Positions 27,523 through 40,954 of a stretch of DNA of 64,000 nucleotides are shown in pieces. The notes under the pieces were generated by a model. The model was not told where the DNA came from, made no database searches, and worked only from the letters and a program-made list of their open reading frames with translations. The first letter of the stretch is position 1. The number at the start of each line of letters is the position of its first letter. The translations under genes were made by a program, and so were the position numbers. The DNA is from Paramecium tetraurelia (Eukaryota). The stretch spans positions 186,001 through 250,000 of the forward strand of contig CT868230.1 of assembly GCA_000165425.1 (NCBI GenBank), in the 5' to 3' direction.

Positions 27523-29784
27523 ATGAGTGTTCATAGGAAAATTTTGGAGAAGAATGGTAGATTGGATTTTCTGCAATAACAATAGCAATAATATCCACAT
27601 CCATAGGTTTAGGAGCTTAAATAATAAATAGAAAAATAGGATTTTGAGGTTCTCATAAATTTAGAGTCATATCAACAATATAATGCAATTAATAACATAA
27701 GGGTTACATCCAGAGTGTTTCCAAGAACTAAATAACTGTATATGGAAGTCAAAATTCCATTTGCAGTGATTATTTAACCCTATGGCTTAACTATATAATA
27801 AGGATTCCCTACTGTAATTTATGGGAGCAATCAGATTTTGAGATGCCAGAATTGTAAACCTTACATCAATCTTTTTATGGAGCATATGAAGGATGAAGAT
27901 TATTTGAGATGTAACATTTGCACATCTATAATTAAAATACCAACAAACTTCATTAGATAGGAGTCCTGATTTGACTACTAGATCCTATGACATCAGAGCA
28001 GGATAAGAGTATTAGATGAGACCACCAATGGCGCCAGCTTACTTTTTTATGATTGACATGTCGCAAAAGAGTCAAGAATTATTAGGAATTATGGGGTAGA
28101 TCATCAAGGATATGATTGTGGAAGATAAATTGAATCAAAGAACATTGCTTGGATTCATTATGTTCAATACTTGTATACATTCGTACAATTTCAATTCTAA
28201 AATTAAATAAGTATAAATGTATGTGTTAACAGATGACAACGAAATGCCAACTCCTGATGATTATTTGTTTAATTTGTAAGATTCTAAAGATATTATTGTG
28301 GCCTTTCTGAATCAATTGGATAGTTTATTTCCTAAACAAAATTAAAGAGTACTTAGTTCATTTCAGCATTTAATTTTGCTTTTAAAATTATGTAAGACAA
28401 AGGAGGCAAATTGATCATTTTGACCTCCTCTCCAATTAAAGAGTTGAATCTAACTGATAATTCTAAATCATCTTAGAATCGCTTTTTAACAATAAACAAT
28501 GTATTAAAGTAAATCACTGGAAAAATGCATTTGAACTGCATATGTTCTTCAATCTTTGTTTTACCTTGTGGATTCAATAATGTTGTGACTCTAAATTAAT
28601 TAGTCAAATTCTTGAATGGCGACATCTTTTTTTATGATGATACCGCTATTTGCAGTAATTATTATATTAAGGTAAGCTCAAAGGTTTTATTCCGATTTAA
28701 TTTCAGTTTTGGAGAGAGATTATACTTGGGAATCAGTCTTCGGAATTCGAATATCAATTGGATGGAAAGTTAATTTATAGAATAGTCAAAAGGTAATAAT
28801 TTATGAATTAGAAATGAATCAACCTAGAGCTCCTTAAGATAATTTATATCTATAAGCCGCTTTACTATATGCTTCAACCCAAGGGGGGAGAAGAATACAT
28901 ATTCATAATTTTTGTATTCCTACAGTGATTTCTTGAGGGCTATCTATTCTCAAATCGATTAATCATGTTTAGAAATCTCATTGTACATAAGATTGCCCTG
29001 TCTCAATTAAATAGTGCCAAAGAGATCAAAGACTGTATTCAAACCAATGATTTCTTAATAGCTAAAACCAGATCCATAACTAATAATTCTAAGATTTTCA
29101 AGGAACCCCTTGATTCTTTAACTTTTATATGTTAGGAATCATGAAATCCTCAATTATGCCTATGATCAACAGTTAGCCCTAACAGATTATATGATTTCCT
29201 TCAGATCAATTATCCAATATACAGATGTGGATGAATTGATTACATACATACATAGGTAGTCAGATATTTAATCTATGATACCACAGTTATACAACATTTC
29301 TATCTTACAAGAACAAGATTACTTTTAGGATGAAAATGGGTATTTCACATATCCATAACCGATTTCCTTAGTTTTGGAGGAGGTTTCGAATGGAGGATTA
29401 CTACTGATGGATTGCGGTTATTATTTGATATTGTTTATATGCAAAAGTATTGAATCTTTAATAATTAGGTTGCATGATGAAAGTCAAATTGGCGACATAT
29501 TTGGGAAATAGTACTATAGTCTCAATCTAGTAGAGGATAATCTTTATTTCAATTCTAAAAACCCCATAAATGATAAACTACATTATCTAATTACAGAATT
29601 GAGAAAGTAAACATTCAATGTTATTATGTTTAGCAACAAGTATAGTAAATATGCCTCATTGTATATAGTGAAATAAGGATGTAAGAGTTATTGGGAGGAG
29701 GTTTTCTTTCAAAACTTAATTTACGATGATTTTAATAAGAATTATAGAATGGATTATAATCAATTTGTAAAATATATTGGTTGA
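27523..29784 (+). pseudogene. SEC24: Sec24 (COPII cargo adaptor) pseudogene
   Basis: IPFAVIIQPY, RCQNCKPYIN..RCNIC zinc finger, SYDIRAGQEYQMRPPMAPAYFFMIDMS, GGKLI, QAALLYASTQGGRRIHIHN. Frameshifts at about 27960 and 28350, TGA at about 28935, an apparent internal deletion at about 28770, and substitutions at conserved residues. Start codon uncertain. Confidence 0.8.
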
Positions 29785-29818
29785 TATTATTAATATTTAT
29801 ATATAATAATAATATACA

Positions 29819-32800
29819 ATGAAGAAAAATAGATTCCAGCAACAAAAGGAGGAGCAGAAGAAACAAAATTATTTTGACGAAGAGGAAGATATTGATTTAG
29901 AAGATGATGGTCTATTTGGGAAAGAAGTATTAACAGCATGTAATCACTAATCATTTATTATCAGCCAAACCCTATGAAGAGTACTTCTAAAAGTTTAATG
30001 AGTTATACAACAATCACATCGTTAAGTTCTCAGCATTTGAAGAGGATTATCAAATCCCATTGACTTCGCCTGATTATGAAAACATCATTCAGAGTCATTT
30101 CATGGTTTACGAAAAGAACATGGGATTGTTTGATTTCATGAAGTCAGATAACAAAGTATTTGATAAGATTAGTGCATCCTTTGTCTTCATCGATAATTAA
30201 ATTAGATAAATAGAAGATCAAGTACATCAACAACTATTATTCTATAGTTCTATAAATTCCTTGATAAACTGACTATTTATGGAGAGTTGGCCGATCTTCA
30301 TTTGGAAGAAGAGAGAAAATTGACTGATGGTGAGGCTGAAATCATGATATGTAGAATGCTTGGCTAATTCAAGTAAATATATGACATTATTAAAAAACTC
30401 ATCAATTACATCACCCATTTGGTCAATCAATTGAATTTACTTTACAATAAAAAGGATCCTATTTCTAAAATCATTAAAATCTTTAACTTAAAATTTTCCA
30501 TTAGATACAATAGGAAGAGCATTGCAACTGCTTTTACATCTTAGACAATGTTGTAGAATAGAATGATTATCTTATAAGAACATTGGAATTATTGTAAGAG
30601 AATGATAAAAATTGTGAAACCAGATCCCACTAAATTTAATTCTAATGCCTAAAATGTTAGACAATTAGAAAAAATTATGATAAGATTAGACAAGACTGTA
30701 CTATCTGGTTCTTGTCTCTAATCAGTTTTAGCACAAAATTGGGATTAAAATGTGCATGAAAAAACAGGAAAAGAGAAAAATGCCAATATTCCTGCCATCA
30801 AAAACAATAAAGAATTCTACAATGTTCTCAATACATACCTCAAAGAAAGATATGAATTATTTGATAAAACCTTAGGAACTGCTAAAGAAATGTTCGAAAG
30901 AGATTTATTATTACCAACATTTTGTGTTTATGCTTTAGTCAGATAATTATATCAAAATGATGAGAATAGAGATCTATGGAAAAATCTTTGGTCTCTTTAA
31001 AAGAAAGTTCCAATGGTGGATGGACACTCACAAGTTCTATGTTATTTGAGTAAATTTCTTATGGAAGTTACTCCATTATCTAAAAAGAGTTCAACTATGG
31101 ATCCAAAAGATCCTATTGCCAATTTTAAGAGTTATCTATAAAGATTATCAGCCTCATTTTAAAGTTCATTAACTGCTTAATATGTTGCATTCACAACTTG
31201 GATTGTTAGAGTTGACTCATTCTCTTGTAGTTAAGCCTCTTTTAACAATATTGATAAAATTGATAGGGAAAGAGCACAGAGATATATTGAAGAGAGAATG
31301 AATTAGAGAGTAATTTTAGTGTTGTAAGGATTGACAATAGCTTCTCAAACAAGGAATCTATTATAAGCATTGCTATTAGGACATTTTGGATTAGAAGAAT
31401 AATCTTTAGATATGTCATTATCAAAGGATGTTGTTTTGGCTGTGGAGATGCTAAAAGCAATAGAGTATTATTTCGAATAAAAATATGATGTCTTCTAGCC
31501 TGCTTTAATCTAAAATCACATCACTAAAAATGGATAGAGAATCATATAATAAGTATTAGAGAAGATGAAGGCAAATATTAAGAGTTTTGGTACAGGAGGT
31601 GCAGAAATTTTGGGAGCATTATAAATTTTGAATTCTATTCTCAAGAGCACACTTTCGCCTTTGAAATTATAGACAATGTATTATTTGATGGATTTCATGG
31701 TTGCAAAGGATATATTCACTAATTCAGAGAAGGAAGATTTTAGAAATATTCTTTGGAAACTTGATAAATTAATTTTATTACCACTCTATGTCAAAAAGGT
31801 GACAGCAAGTACCTATTTTTATTGGTGTAGAGAATTGCTACCTTCATTCTTTTAATACATCTATTAAAATCCATCATAAGCAAAAAGGTTCTAATTTTTA
31901 TTGAATGCTGTTTCTGATTGTTCAATCTAATTAAAAGATTGTATGCACTTAGAAAATCCTGATGAATTATTTGATTCTTTTAGATAATATGTTGTTAAGG
32001 AGTTTTATGCTTAATATTTGTAACCCTTGGCCAGAGACATCGAGGATTATTTAAGAATTTAAGTGCATACAGTGTTGATTGAAAAAATAACAGCTTTAAA
32101 CCCATTCAAATAATAAGTGAAAGACTTGAAAAGATTACTAGATATTGATTACGTATTGATATTTGATTCAATTGTGAATTTAAGAACTGAAATCAATCAG
32201 ATACTCAATGAAACATTCTATAATATCAATGTTCTCAATATGTATGATCAAGAAACCTATGAATAAATGAGAAGTTTAGCAAATTCTAAATTTGGATTAA
32301 ACTTAATAAATGTTTATTTGCCAACTTAAACAGTTGATTAAGGAAACTTCGATGTGCTCAATGTTCTCAAGAATATCCAACAATTCTTTACTAAATACAC
32401 CTACAATTTATATTAGTAATAATTTGTTTAGGTATATAAGTTTATATTATCAATATAGGTAACATCGGAGAGTAAATAAGTCTATTCAATTAGTATTCAA
32501 TAAATTGCAGATTCAATTAGAACGCATGGTATTGGTATCCTGAGTACAACAGTTAATAGTGTGTATAAATTCTTACAAAAGTATAATATTATATGTGAAT
32601 CATTAGAAAAATTTAAATGTTTTCACAATTTTTATTTGATGATCTAATTCAATCTCCCTTGGTCAGAGAAGACAGATTTTTTAGGGAAAAAGAAGGATGA
32701 ATTGGATGGCCAATATCCTTATGATAGAGCAGAGGCATTATACAAAGAGATCAAGAAAATGGGTACATTTGATGATGGAACAAATTACCTTGACAAATTC

Positions 32801-33569
32801 AGAACTTTAATAACACAAATAGGAAATTCATTAGCATTTGTTAGATTATTGAGATCAGCAGCTTTACATGTTAATTCAAAATGTTTAGAATACGTTCCAA
32901 GTTAATACAATCCTACTCAATTAGAATCTTTGACAAGAGAAGCTGGATTTAGTGGTAAATATATTTTTTGATATCCAATAATAGATGCCACTGTAAGTAC
33001 TGCAAAGGAGTTGGAGGAGATATTTACATTATATAAGAGTAGTTTTTCAGAGAAGATTGATTATATAAACCTGTTGTTGAAGGCATTCTCAAGTATCAAT
33101 ACACCAGAAAATGAACATTTGTCTCTATTTTATTTAATTGTTCCAACATTGACTCTGAATTTCATTGAAAAAATGTTAATTTCAAAAGATCAAATTGGTA
33201 AGAAGAACTCTACTACTGAAGTCTTTATTAGTGTAAATAACTATTTGTATTAATATAGGATGATGGTTTCATTTTGGGAATTCAGTTTTTCTTAACCTTA
33301 TTAGATTAAAAAGGATAATTTGAATCTCTTCATTGGAGGAAAGAAATCAAAAATAAATTCAATCTTGATTTGAAATCAGCCAAGACCTTAGCCACGACAA
33401 AACCAAATTAATCATAAAGAGCAACAGATGAAGTAATTCTTATATCAAATCTTATTAGATCAATATGTAAAAAGAATTGTCATTACGTAAATTAAATATG
33501 CAATATGATGAATTCCAAATGTTCTTCTATGCTTTCAATTCATGTAAAATTCTATTTCTAGGAGAATGA
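29819..33569 (+). CDS. WASHC4: WASH complex subunit 4 (SWIP/KIAA1033)
   Basis: SIRTHGIGILSTTVNSVYKFL, YPYDRAEALYKEIKKMG..YLDKFRTLITQIGNSLAFVRLLRS, DDGFILG..LLDQ..FESLHW. Several tiny introns. Apparent +1 insertions at about 30495-30575 and 32690. Confidence 0.9.
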
Positions 33570-33606
33570 TTAAACAAATTTAAATAATAATATATATATA
33601 TATATA

Positions 33607-35952
33607 ATGAATTAGTCTTAATATGGAGCCTTTGGTATGAGTGGAAACAATTTCAACCAAACTGGTGGTAAACCACCTGTCAATAATTATAATTTTGAAA
33701 ATGTCAGAGTAAAACAATATTATTATCAGTTTAGGCACAACAACCTGCACCAGGTGGACCATAACCATCTAGAGGGAAACCCCTGGGAACAGCTGCCAGA
33801 CAACCATAGGCAGAAGCCAGACCAATGACATCTAACAGAGGAGCTAATTTTGGTTAAAAAAAGGACCCTTTCAATTCTACTCAAAATCAAATTAATTTGA
33901 ATAAACCTAAACTTGAAACCAATCCTGAAGAATAGTTTAAAGGGATGGAAAAGGAAATCAATACCCTAATAGAATAGAGTGCTATCGCTAAATTGAGAGG
34001 CAATCTCTCTGAATGTCTAGAAAAGGCAAAAGAAGCATTTAATAAAGAAAAAAAATTAAGATAATCTAAAGAAGCACAAAATTTAGCAGAATCCATCAAT
34101 GCAGATCTTAGTTATTGTGCAGCCTTAACTTAAGCCTGTGCTTTACATGCTAATGGACTCCATTAAGATGCTTTAGCAAAATACCAAGAAATTATTAAAT
34201 GTAAATAATACCCACAAGCAGGTAGATTGAGGGTTAATATGGGAAACATTTATTTTGAACAGAAGAAATACCCTACTGCCATAAAAATGTACAAAATGGC
34301 TTTGGATTTGATTCCTGCTACATCCAAGGAAATGAGGTTCAAAATCCAAAAAAACATAGGTCATGCGCAAGTAAGGTAGGGCAAAGAAAAAATCCTAGAG
34401 GCAATCAACACATATGAATAAATCCTCAAAAGTTCACCTGATTTTCCAACTGGGTTTAATCTTATGATTTGTTTGTATTTTAGTGGAATTAAGAATAAAA
34501 TGAAGGACTATTTCGTTACTCTATTAACCATAGAAATACCAGGAGAGAGTGAAGAAGAGAATAATGAAAATAAGGGTACTACCATTACAGATAAATTGAG
34601 AGAGGATACAAAAGAAAGAAGAAGAGAAGCCGTTCATTATATTGTAACATCTGCTAAATTGATTGCTCCATTAATTGAAGACGATATTATTGTTGGATAT
34701 GAGTGGATTTTAGAATAACTCAAGAATTCTACATTTCCTGAAGCTGAAACTGAAATTGAAATATGCAAAGCTATGGCCCATTTAAAGAAAAAGAACATTG
34801 AGAAATCTATCGAAACACTTAAAGGGCTTCGAAAAAAAGGATAAATCAATTATGGCTCGCATTGCTACAAACATCTCTTTTTTGTATTTCTTAGAGAATG
34901 ATTATAAGCAGGCTGAGAAATATGCTGAAATTGCAATTACATATGATAGATACAATGCAAAGGCTTTAGTCAACAGAGGAAATTGCTTATATGTGAAAAA
35001 TGAATTCTTGAGAGCCAAAGAATAATATCTAGAAGCTATAGGTGTTGAAGCAGATTGCATAGAAGCACTCTATAATTTAGCTTATGTAAATAGAAAATTG
35101 AATATGTTTGTTGAATCTCTGCAAGCATTAGACAAGTTATAAACAATTGTCTGCATCCCTGAAGTTTTGTATCAAATGGCCACATTGTATGAGATGACTG
35201 GTAATTCAAAATAGGCCATGAAATGGTATTTAGAATTGTTAAACAAGGTTCCAAATGATCCTAATATACTAGCTAGATTAGGTTCACTATTTGCAAGGGT
35301 AAATAAAATGATATTTATATTTGATTAGGAAGATGATGAACCCTAGGCATTGCATTATTTTTTGGAATCCTATAGAATATTACCAACAAACATTGATACA
35401 ATATCGTGGTTGGGAGTGTATTATGTGAAATAAGAAATGTATGAGAAGGCGAGCTTATATTTTGAAAGAGCAGCACAAGTGTAAACAAGAGATGAGAAAT
35501 GGAAATTGATGGTTGCAAGTTGTTATAGAAGAATGGGGCATTTTCAAAAGGCATTAGGCACCTATTAGAAAATCTATTCCGATTATCCAGATAACATTGA
35601 ATGTACTTTAAGTATATAAACATCTTAGGTCTTCGATTCTTAGTGCAGCTATGTAGAGAAATGGGATTACCATATGAAGAATATGCAGGGTAATTAAGAA
35701 AATTAGAAAGAGAAATGGAAATGATAGAAGGGTATTAGGGTCAAGATATAAATTTAATCAATAATGAAGAAGAATAAATTCGTTTGCCTTAAGGAGACGA
35801 TAATCCTGTTAGTTTCACTAATAACACTAGGTATTTACAAAAAATATTATTATAGGAGAGCCAATAAACAACCACCTCCTAAAACAAATGTGAGATAAAA
35901 TTTAGAAGATGAACAATTTTAAGATGGGGTGGAGGATAACTTTTTACCTTGA
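33607..35952 (+). CDS. IFT88: Intraflagellar transport protein 88 (TPR)
   Basis: RPMTSNRGANF, AGRLRVNMGNIYFEQKKYPTAIKMYKMALD, DRYNAKALVNRGN, KWKLMVASCYRRMG, PDNIECLRFLVQLCREMG. One +1 insertion at 34824-34826. Confidence 0.93.
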
Positions 35953-35969
35953 TATTATGTAAAATCTAG

Positions 35970-36959
35970 AATATTGATAAATCTGCTATTTTATAAAGAA
36001 ATTAATTCTATGTATTTAGGAGCAATATTGGACAACTCTTGATTGTTTTCATATTGTTCGACTTTATTAGATCCTTCTAATTCTCTTCCTTCAGTTCCCA
36101 TAGCAGTAACGTAGATCTGGATCATTCTCCTTGCATTTTCCTCAAACTACATAAATTAGAATCAAAGAATTTCAATACATATATTATTTTGTGTAACCTA
36201 TGCATGTTTGTTTTTAATTGCTCAAGAGCTTCAATATGGGAGGGTTTGCTTCCATCATTTTCCAATATTTAATTGATATGTCTTAATTTCATTTTACTCG
36301 TTTTATGGACCCTTTTTGTTGGCCAAAATAAATAAAGAATATTAAAATCTAATTATACCAAAAGTTATGAATCAAATTCTCATAAATTCAAAGTCATTTC
36401 AAATTGAACTATCGTACCTCCAGTCCCCAATTCTGTACTTCAATCTAACCCATCAAATGTAGTTGACTACTAGAAAACCTCCATTTTTTACTTTTCCAGC
36501 CTTTAAATCAATTAGGTCTTTCTTGCCAACATAATCTATAAGATCTAGATTTGATCTCACCTTAGAATAAAGCAGAAAATCAGAATAATTAGCTTGCTAC
36601 ACCTTTCAAAGATTCCACCTAAATAGGGGATGATCCACTTATATTTATTGATTTCTAACAATTATAATCTATTTAATTCACAATGGAATAAAATTCAGTA
36701 CATTATTAATCTTAAACCTTCTGGGATGAATGTACTTTAACGCAAACTCACTAAAATTCAACACAATATTTCATTTATCATATCTTTGTTTGGGCTCTTC
36801 TTTATCATAAATTGTTATCTCTTTATCAACTTCATTGTCAAATTATTTCAACGTTAGTATTCCATGATCTATTTGTTGGATTTAATTATCTATCATAAAT
36901 GGTCTTCTTTCAGAAATAACAAAAATACAGAAATGTAAAATTAGACAATGGTTCGTCAT
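35970..36959 (-). pseudogene. Decayed gene with signal-peptide-like start; family not identified
   Basis: MTNHCLILHFCIFVISERRPF... followed by in-frame TGA codons, a damaged intron donor at about 36775, and frame breaks. Confidence 0.4.
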
Positions 36960-37027
36960 TATAATTAATTTATCGAACTGGTATTTTTATGTATATTTCA
37001 ACTAATTTTAAATTAATTGAATTTATA

Positions 37028-38158
37028 ATGTAAATATTAGTAATGTTAATAGCAGTCGTTTCTACGACTTTTGGTGTATTTCTTATAAGTGGATTAGGAG
37101 CTTATTTAACTCGCAAGAAAATCATCAACAAGTAATTGACAAACCAACTATCATGCTTAACTGAGAATTTATTTACTCCAGCTCTAATATTTACAAGCTT
37201 TTAAAAGACTCTTACACTAGAAACCATTTATTTGTATATTCCTTGTATCATCATAACTTTACTCTGCTTAATTCTCGGATATGTTGCAGGAATACTAAGT
37301 AACAAATATTGGATCAAAGAAAAAGCCTTGAAATCTGTAATAATATTAGCCTGTGCAAATCCTCACACCACGAATTTACAATTATAACTTTGCTATGGGT
37401 TAAGTAATTATTTTGCAAAAATAACTGGACAGCCATAAAAATAATTAGAGTAAAGACTTATTACAACTGTTATTATTTAAACTGTAGTAGTGAATTCAAT
37501 AAGGTGGTCAATTGGAAAAAGTATTTTAGAATAGCATGAAAATAACTAAAGTGATCTAGAAATGACAAATTTATCAGTACCATAATCACACTAATTGACT
37601 TTGCCTTTGTCTCAGTAATAACAAACAAAACCTGAAAATGAATCTTAAAAAAAGTCATTTTGGAATCCTCCTTTGTACGCTACTTTGGTTTCAATAGTTT
37701 TTATATGTATTCCAGGGCTTCAGGCAACTTTACTTGAAAACTAGATAATTTATAATGCAATTTTTCTACCTCTTTAAACTATATCAAGAGCAACTTCTCC
37801 AATTATATTATTAATTCTTGGGAGTAGTCTCTATTAGATTTATTTTGAAAATTAGGAAAGAGTGGAAAAATATTCAACAATATTATATATAGCTTTCAAT
37901 CGGTTATTATTGATGCCAATAATTGGTATATTTATAGTGATCATTGTGCAAAGCCAGAAGATTATTAATGATTAATGTCAGTTGTTTATGATATTTCTAA
38001 CATTTTGCACTCCGCCATCCATTAATATATTAATGTTAGCAAAATAATATCTATAATCAGCTGAGGAAATAGTGGCAGTAATTTTATTAAACAGTTATTT
38101 GATATCTATAATAACATTGCCTCTCTGGATGATTACATATATGATATTTTTTATATGA
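37028..38158 (+). CDS. Auxin efflux carrier / PILS-like membrane transporter (Mem_trans family), intronless, 376 aa
   Basis: About 10 hydrophobic segments in a 5+5 layout around a central loop. Motifs LFTPALIFTSF, FWNPPLYA, PIILLILGSSL, RLLLMPIIG, TPPSINI. Confidence 0.88.
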
Positions 38159-40954
38159 TAATAGTGTTGTTAAAAATTTAAATTTTTAATATCGTTTTTG
38201 TAATTTTTGGTTTATTAATTAAATTATAAAATAAATAATTAAGATTACAAATAAATCAAGAAATTCTCAAATTTTTAAATTTACTCTATATAATAAGAAT
38301 TCATTAAATATATTTCTGAATTTATCAATATAGTTGATCAATTTATATTCTCAAGCTTGTAAATCCAAATTAGATTATACTTTAATACATTTCTATTTTC
38401 GTATATGTACAATTGAATTATGAATAAAAATTTTATAAAATCTCTTGATTTGAATGATTTTCTTGCAATTTTATTGTTTGTTGTTCGATTAGTTATTCAA
38501 AAGCTTATTCAGCAACATGTGGGCATAATACTATTTAATCATAACCCTAGTTAATTAATTCAATTATGCAATTCAAAATTGCAGAATTCAATTAAGAGTA
38601 AGACTGTCTCATGCTAAACTCAAATAATTTCTCATCAATTATCGAATTATTTATAAAAAATTTTTGCTATTTCATCTTTCTTACTTTCAGTCCATGATAA
38701 ATAATATATTAAATAATTATATATATAATTTATACTCATCATATTATATAAATCTCTTATTCACACCATAAAATATTTTAATTTATTTTTCCTTTGCTAC
38801 AAATACAAGGAATGGTGAGGGAGCAAATTATAAATCATATTTATTTGAAAATGAAAGAACTAAAAATATGTATAAATTTTTTAAATTTTTATGTTAATCA
38901 AAAATGCAGATTTCATAAATGCAATCAATATTGTTTCAATTGAAAGTAAGATAGGGGTTTTATATAATCAATTGTTAAATGGAAATATTGTTGTACTATT
39001 TCTCTCAAGTGTTTAACACTTGAATAGAAAAAAAAGGAAAATTATCGAACAAAATTTGTTATTCTTAAAACTTATACAAAAGGATCCTAATAATAGAATT
39101 AACAAAATTAAAGTATAAAAATATTATAATTCTTGGGATCTTAATTTACTTTATAATTGGCGAGAAGAATTGTAGTGATTTTCGAGCAAATCTTTAAATG
39201 ATATTCTTTTTCTCTTATATATCATTTCCTTTGAAAAATGGAGATCTTAAATATTTGACAGGCAATTTTTAATAACAAATCAAAGTTCAAACTCAAAAAT
39301 TAATTTACCCTCTAAATTCAATTCATATGGAATTTATATACCAAGCATCGAATGCATATCATATAATTACAAAGCTACATTAAGAATAAACACATATTAA
39401 AAATTTGAAATTGGAATTTTACAACTTCATTGTTAAATATTGATAAATTAGAATTAAAATGAATAGTTAACTTTAAAATATGGAAACAAAAATTTAGAAA
39501 AAAAAAGTGGATATAACTTAAAAAAAATTAAAATATAATTTTATTATGGGTCTATTTTGCTATCAATAAAATGATTTGTAACAACCTACTGATTGCTTGT
39601 TGATAAACAAGGTTAAATAAGGTGATAAGGAATTCTTGTAGAGAAAAGTAAGATATGATTAAGATTATTACAATATAAATTCTTAATAGTTTAATGCTAA
39701 AATTAATTTACAATTCAAAAGGTTTGCAATTTTAGATAGCAGATGCCAGAAATTATTATTAATATAATTTATTTTATTAATTTATAGATTTGGGAGATAA
39801 AATAGGTCTTTAAGTCAGATTAAATTGCAAATTCACGATATTAAATAGAGTGCCAACTTTAAAGTGTACAAATTCTAAATCAATAAACTAGACTGAAATA
39901 AAAAATAATAAAAGATGATTAATTGTTAAAGCATCAACTATTTTAAGAAACTGTGTATATTTTAGAAAATTACCTTACATTTTAAATAATATATATATAA
40001 ATTATCTTAGGATTATTGTTTAGAGCACTAAACAGAAAGACAAAGCCATGAACATAATATAAGAACATTTAAATTTAATGAGGCGAGGTATTTTATATTT
40101 GACTTGTTTTTTATATTCCATAAATCTCTAAATAAGGAAATTCATTAAGATATTTTTATATTATATAATGAAAATTTAAAAAATTATTATATTTTTTGCC
40201 AAATATGAAGTGGTGAATTTGCAATAGAGGAAAATCACCAATAGATATGTTAAATTTATTGGTGAATTTGGAGATTTGGAAATTTACTCATATAATTATG
40301 GATATCTTCGTTAAATTCCTCGCCTAAAATTTATAGAATGGGCCAATTATATCTCCAAAACTCATAAGTTATATTTAAGGAATAATTTCTAGCGTAAGTT
40401 CAAAAGTCATAAGTGATGATTTTTTACAATTATAGAGTTCTGAATGAAACCCAAAATGAAAGATTTTTGTGAATTACTTAGCAAAAGTACATCTCTCAAA
40501 TTATCCATATTTTTTAAAAATTTTTATAATGAGTAAAATACTACCAATATTACTATCAGATAACTCTAATATCTAAAAATAATATGAAAACTATTAATCG
40601 CAAATTTTTAATATCTAGATTTGGAAAAGTTGTCTAAAAATTACAAAGTTGTCAATTAATTAAAAATTATATCTATCTTATTGTAAAATAATAGGGTATC
40701 TGAGGCCAACCCTTCGTAATCATTAGAATATTTAATTCAAATATTCTATCAATACCATATAGTTTGATTTGAATATACCAAAGCATTATTGTAATATTTT
40801 TAGTAGTTAATGTTTTTGCCATTCTTTTTATTTTATTTAGAAATAAATTTTAAGAACAATAAATATCGCTCAGTTGGTATTAAATAAAAATTCAAATTTT
40901 CCTTATGATATATGAGCATTTAGATAATTTTAATGAATTAATAATTAAATAAAT

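Noticed and set aside
33591..33606. (TA)n tracts here and at about 46735-46752
   Set aside because: Short microsatellites expected in AT-rich spacers; no evidence of function.
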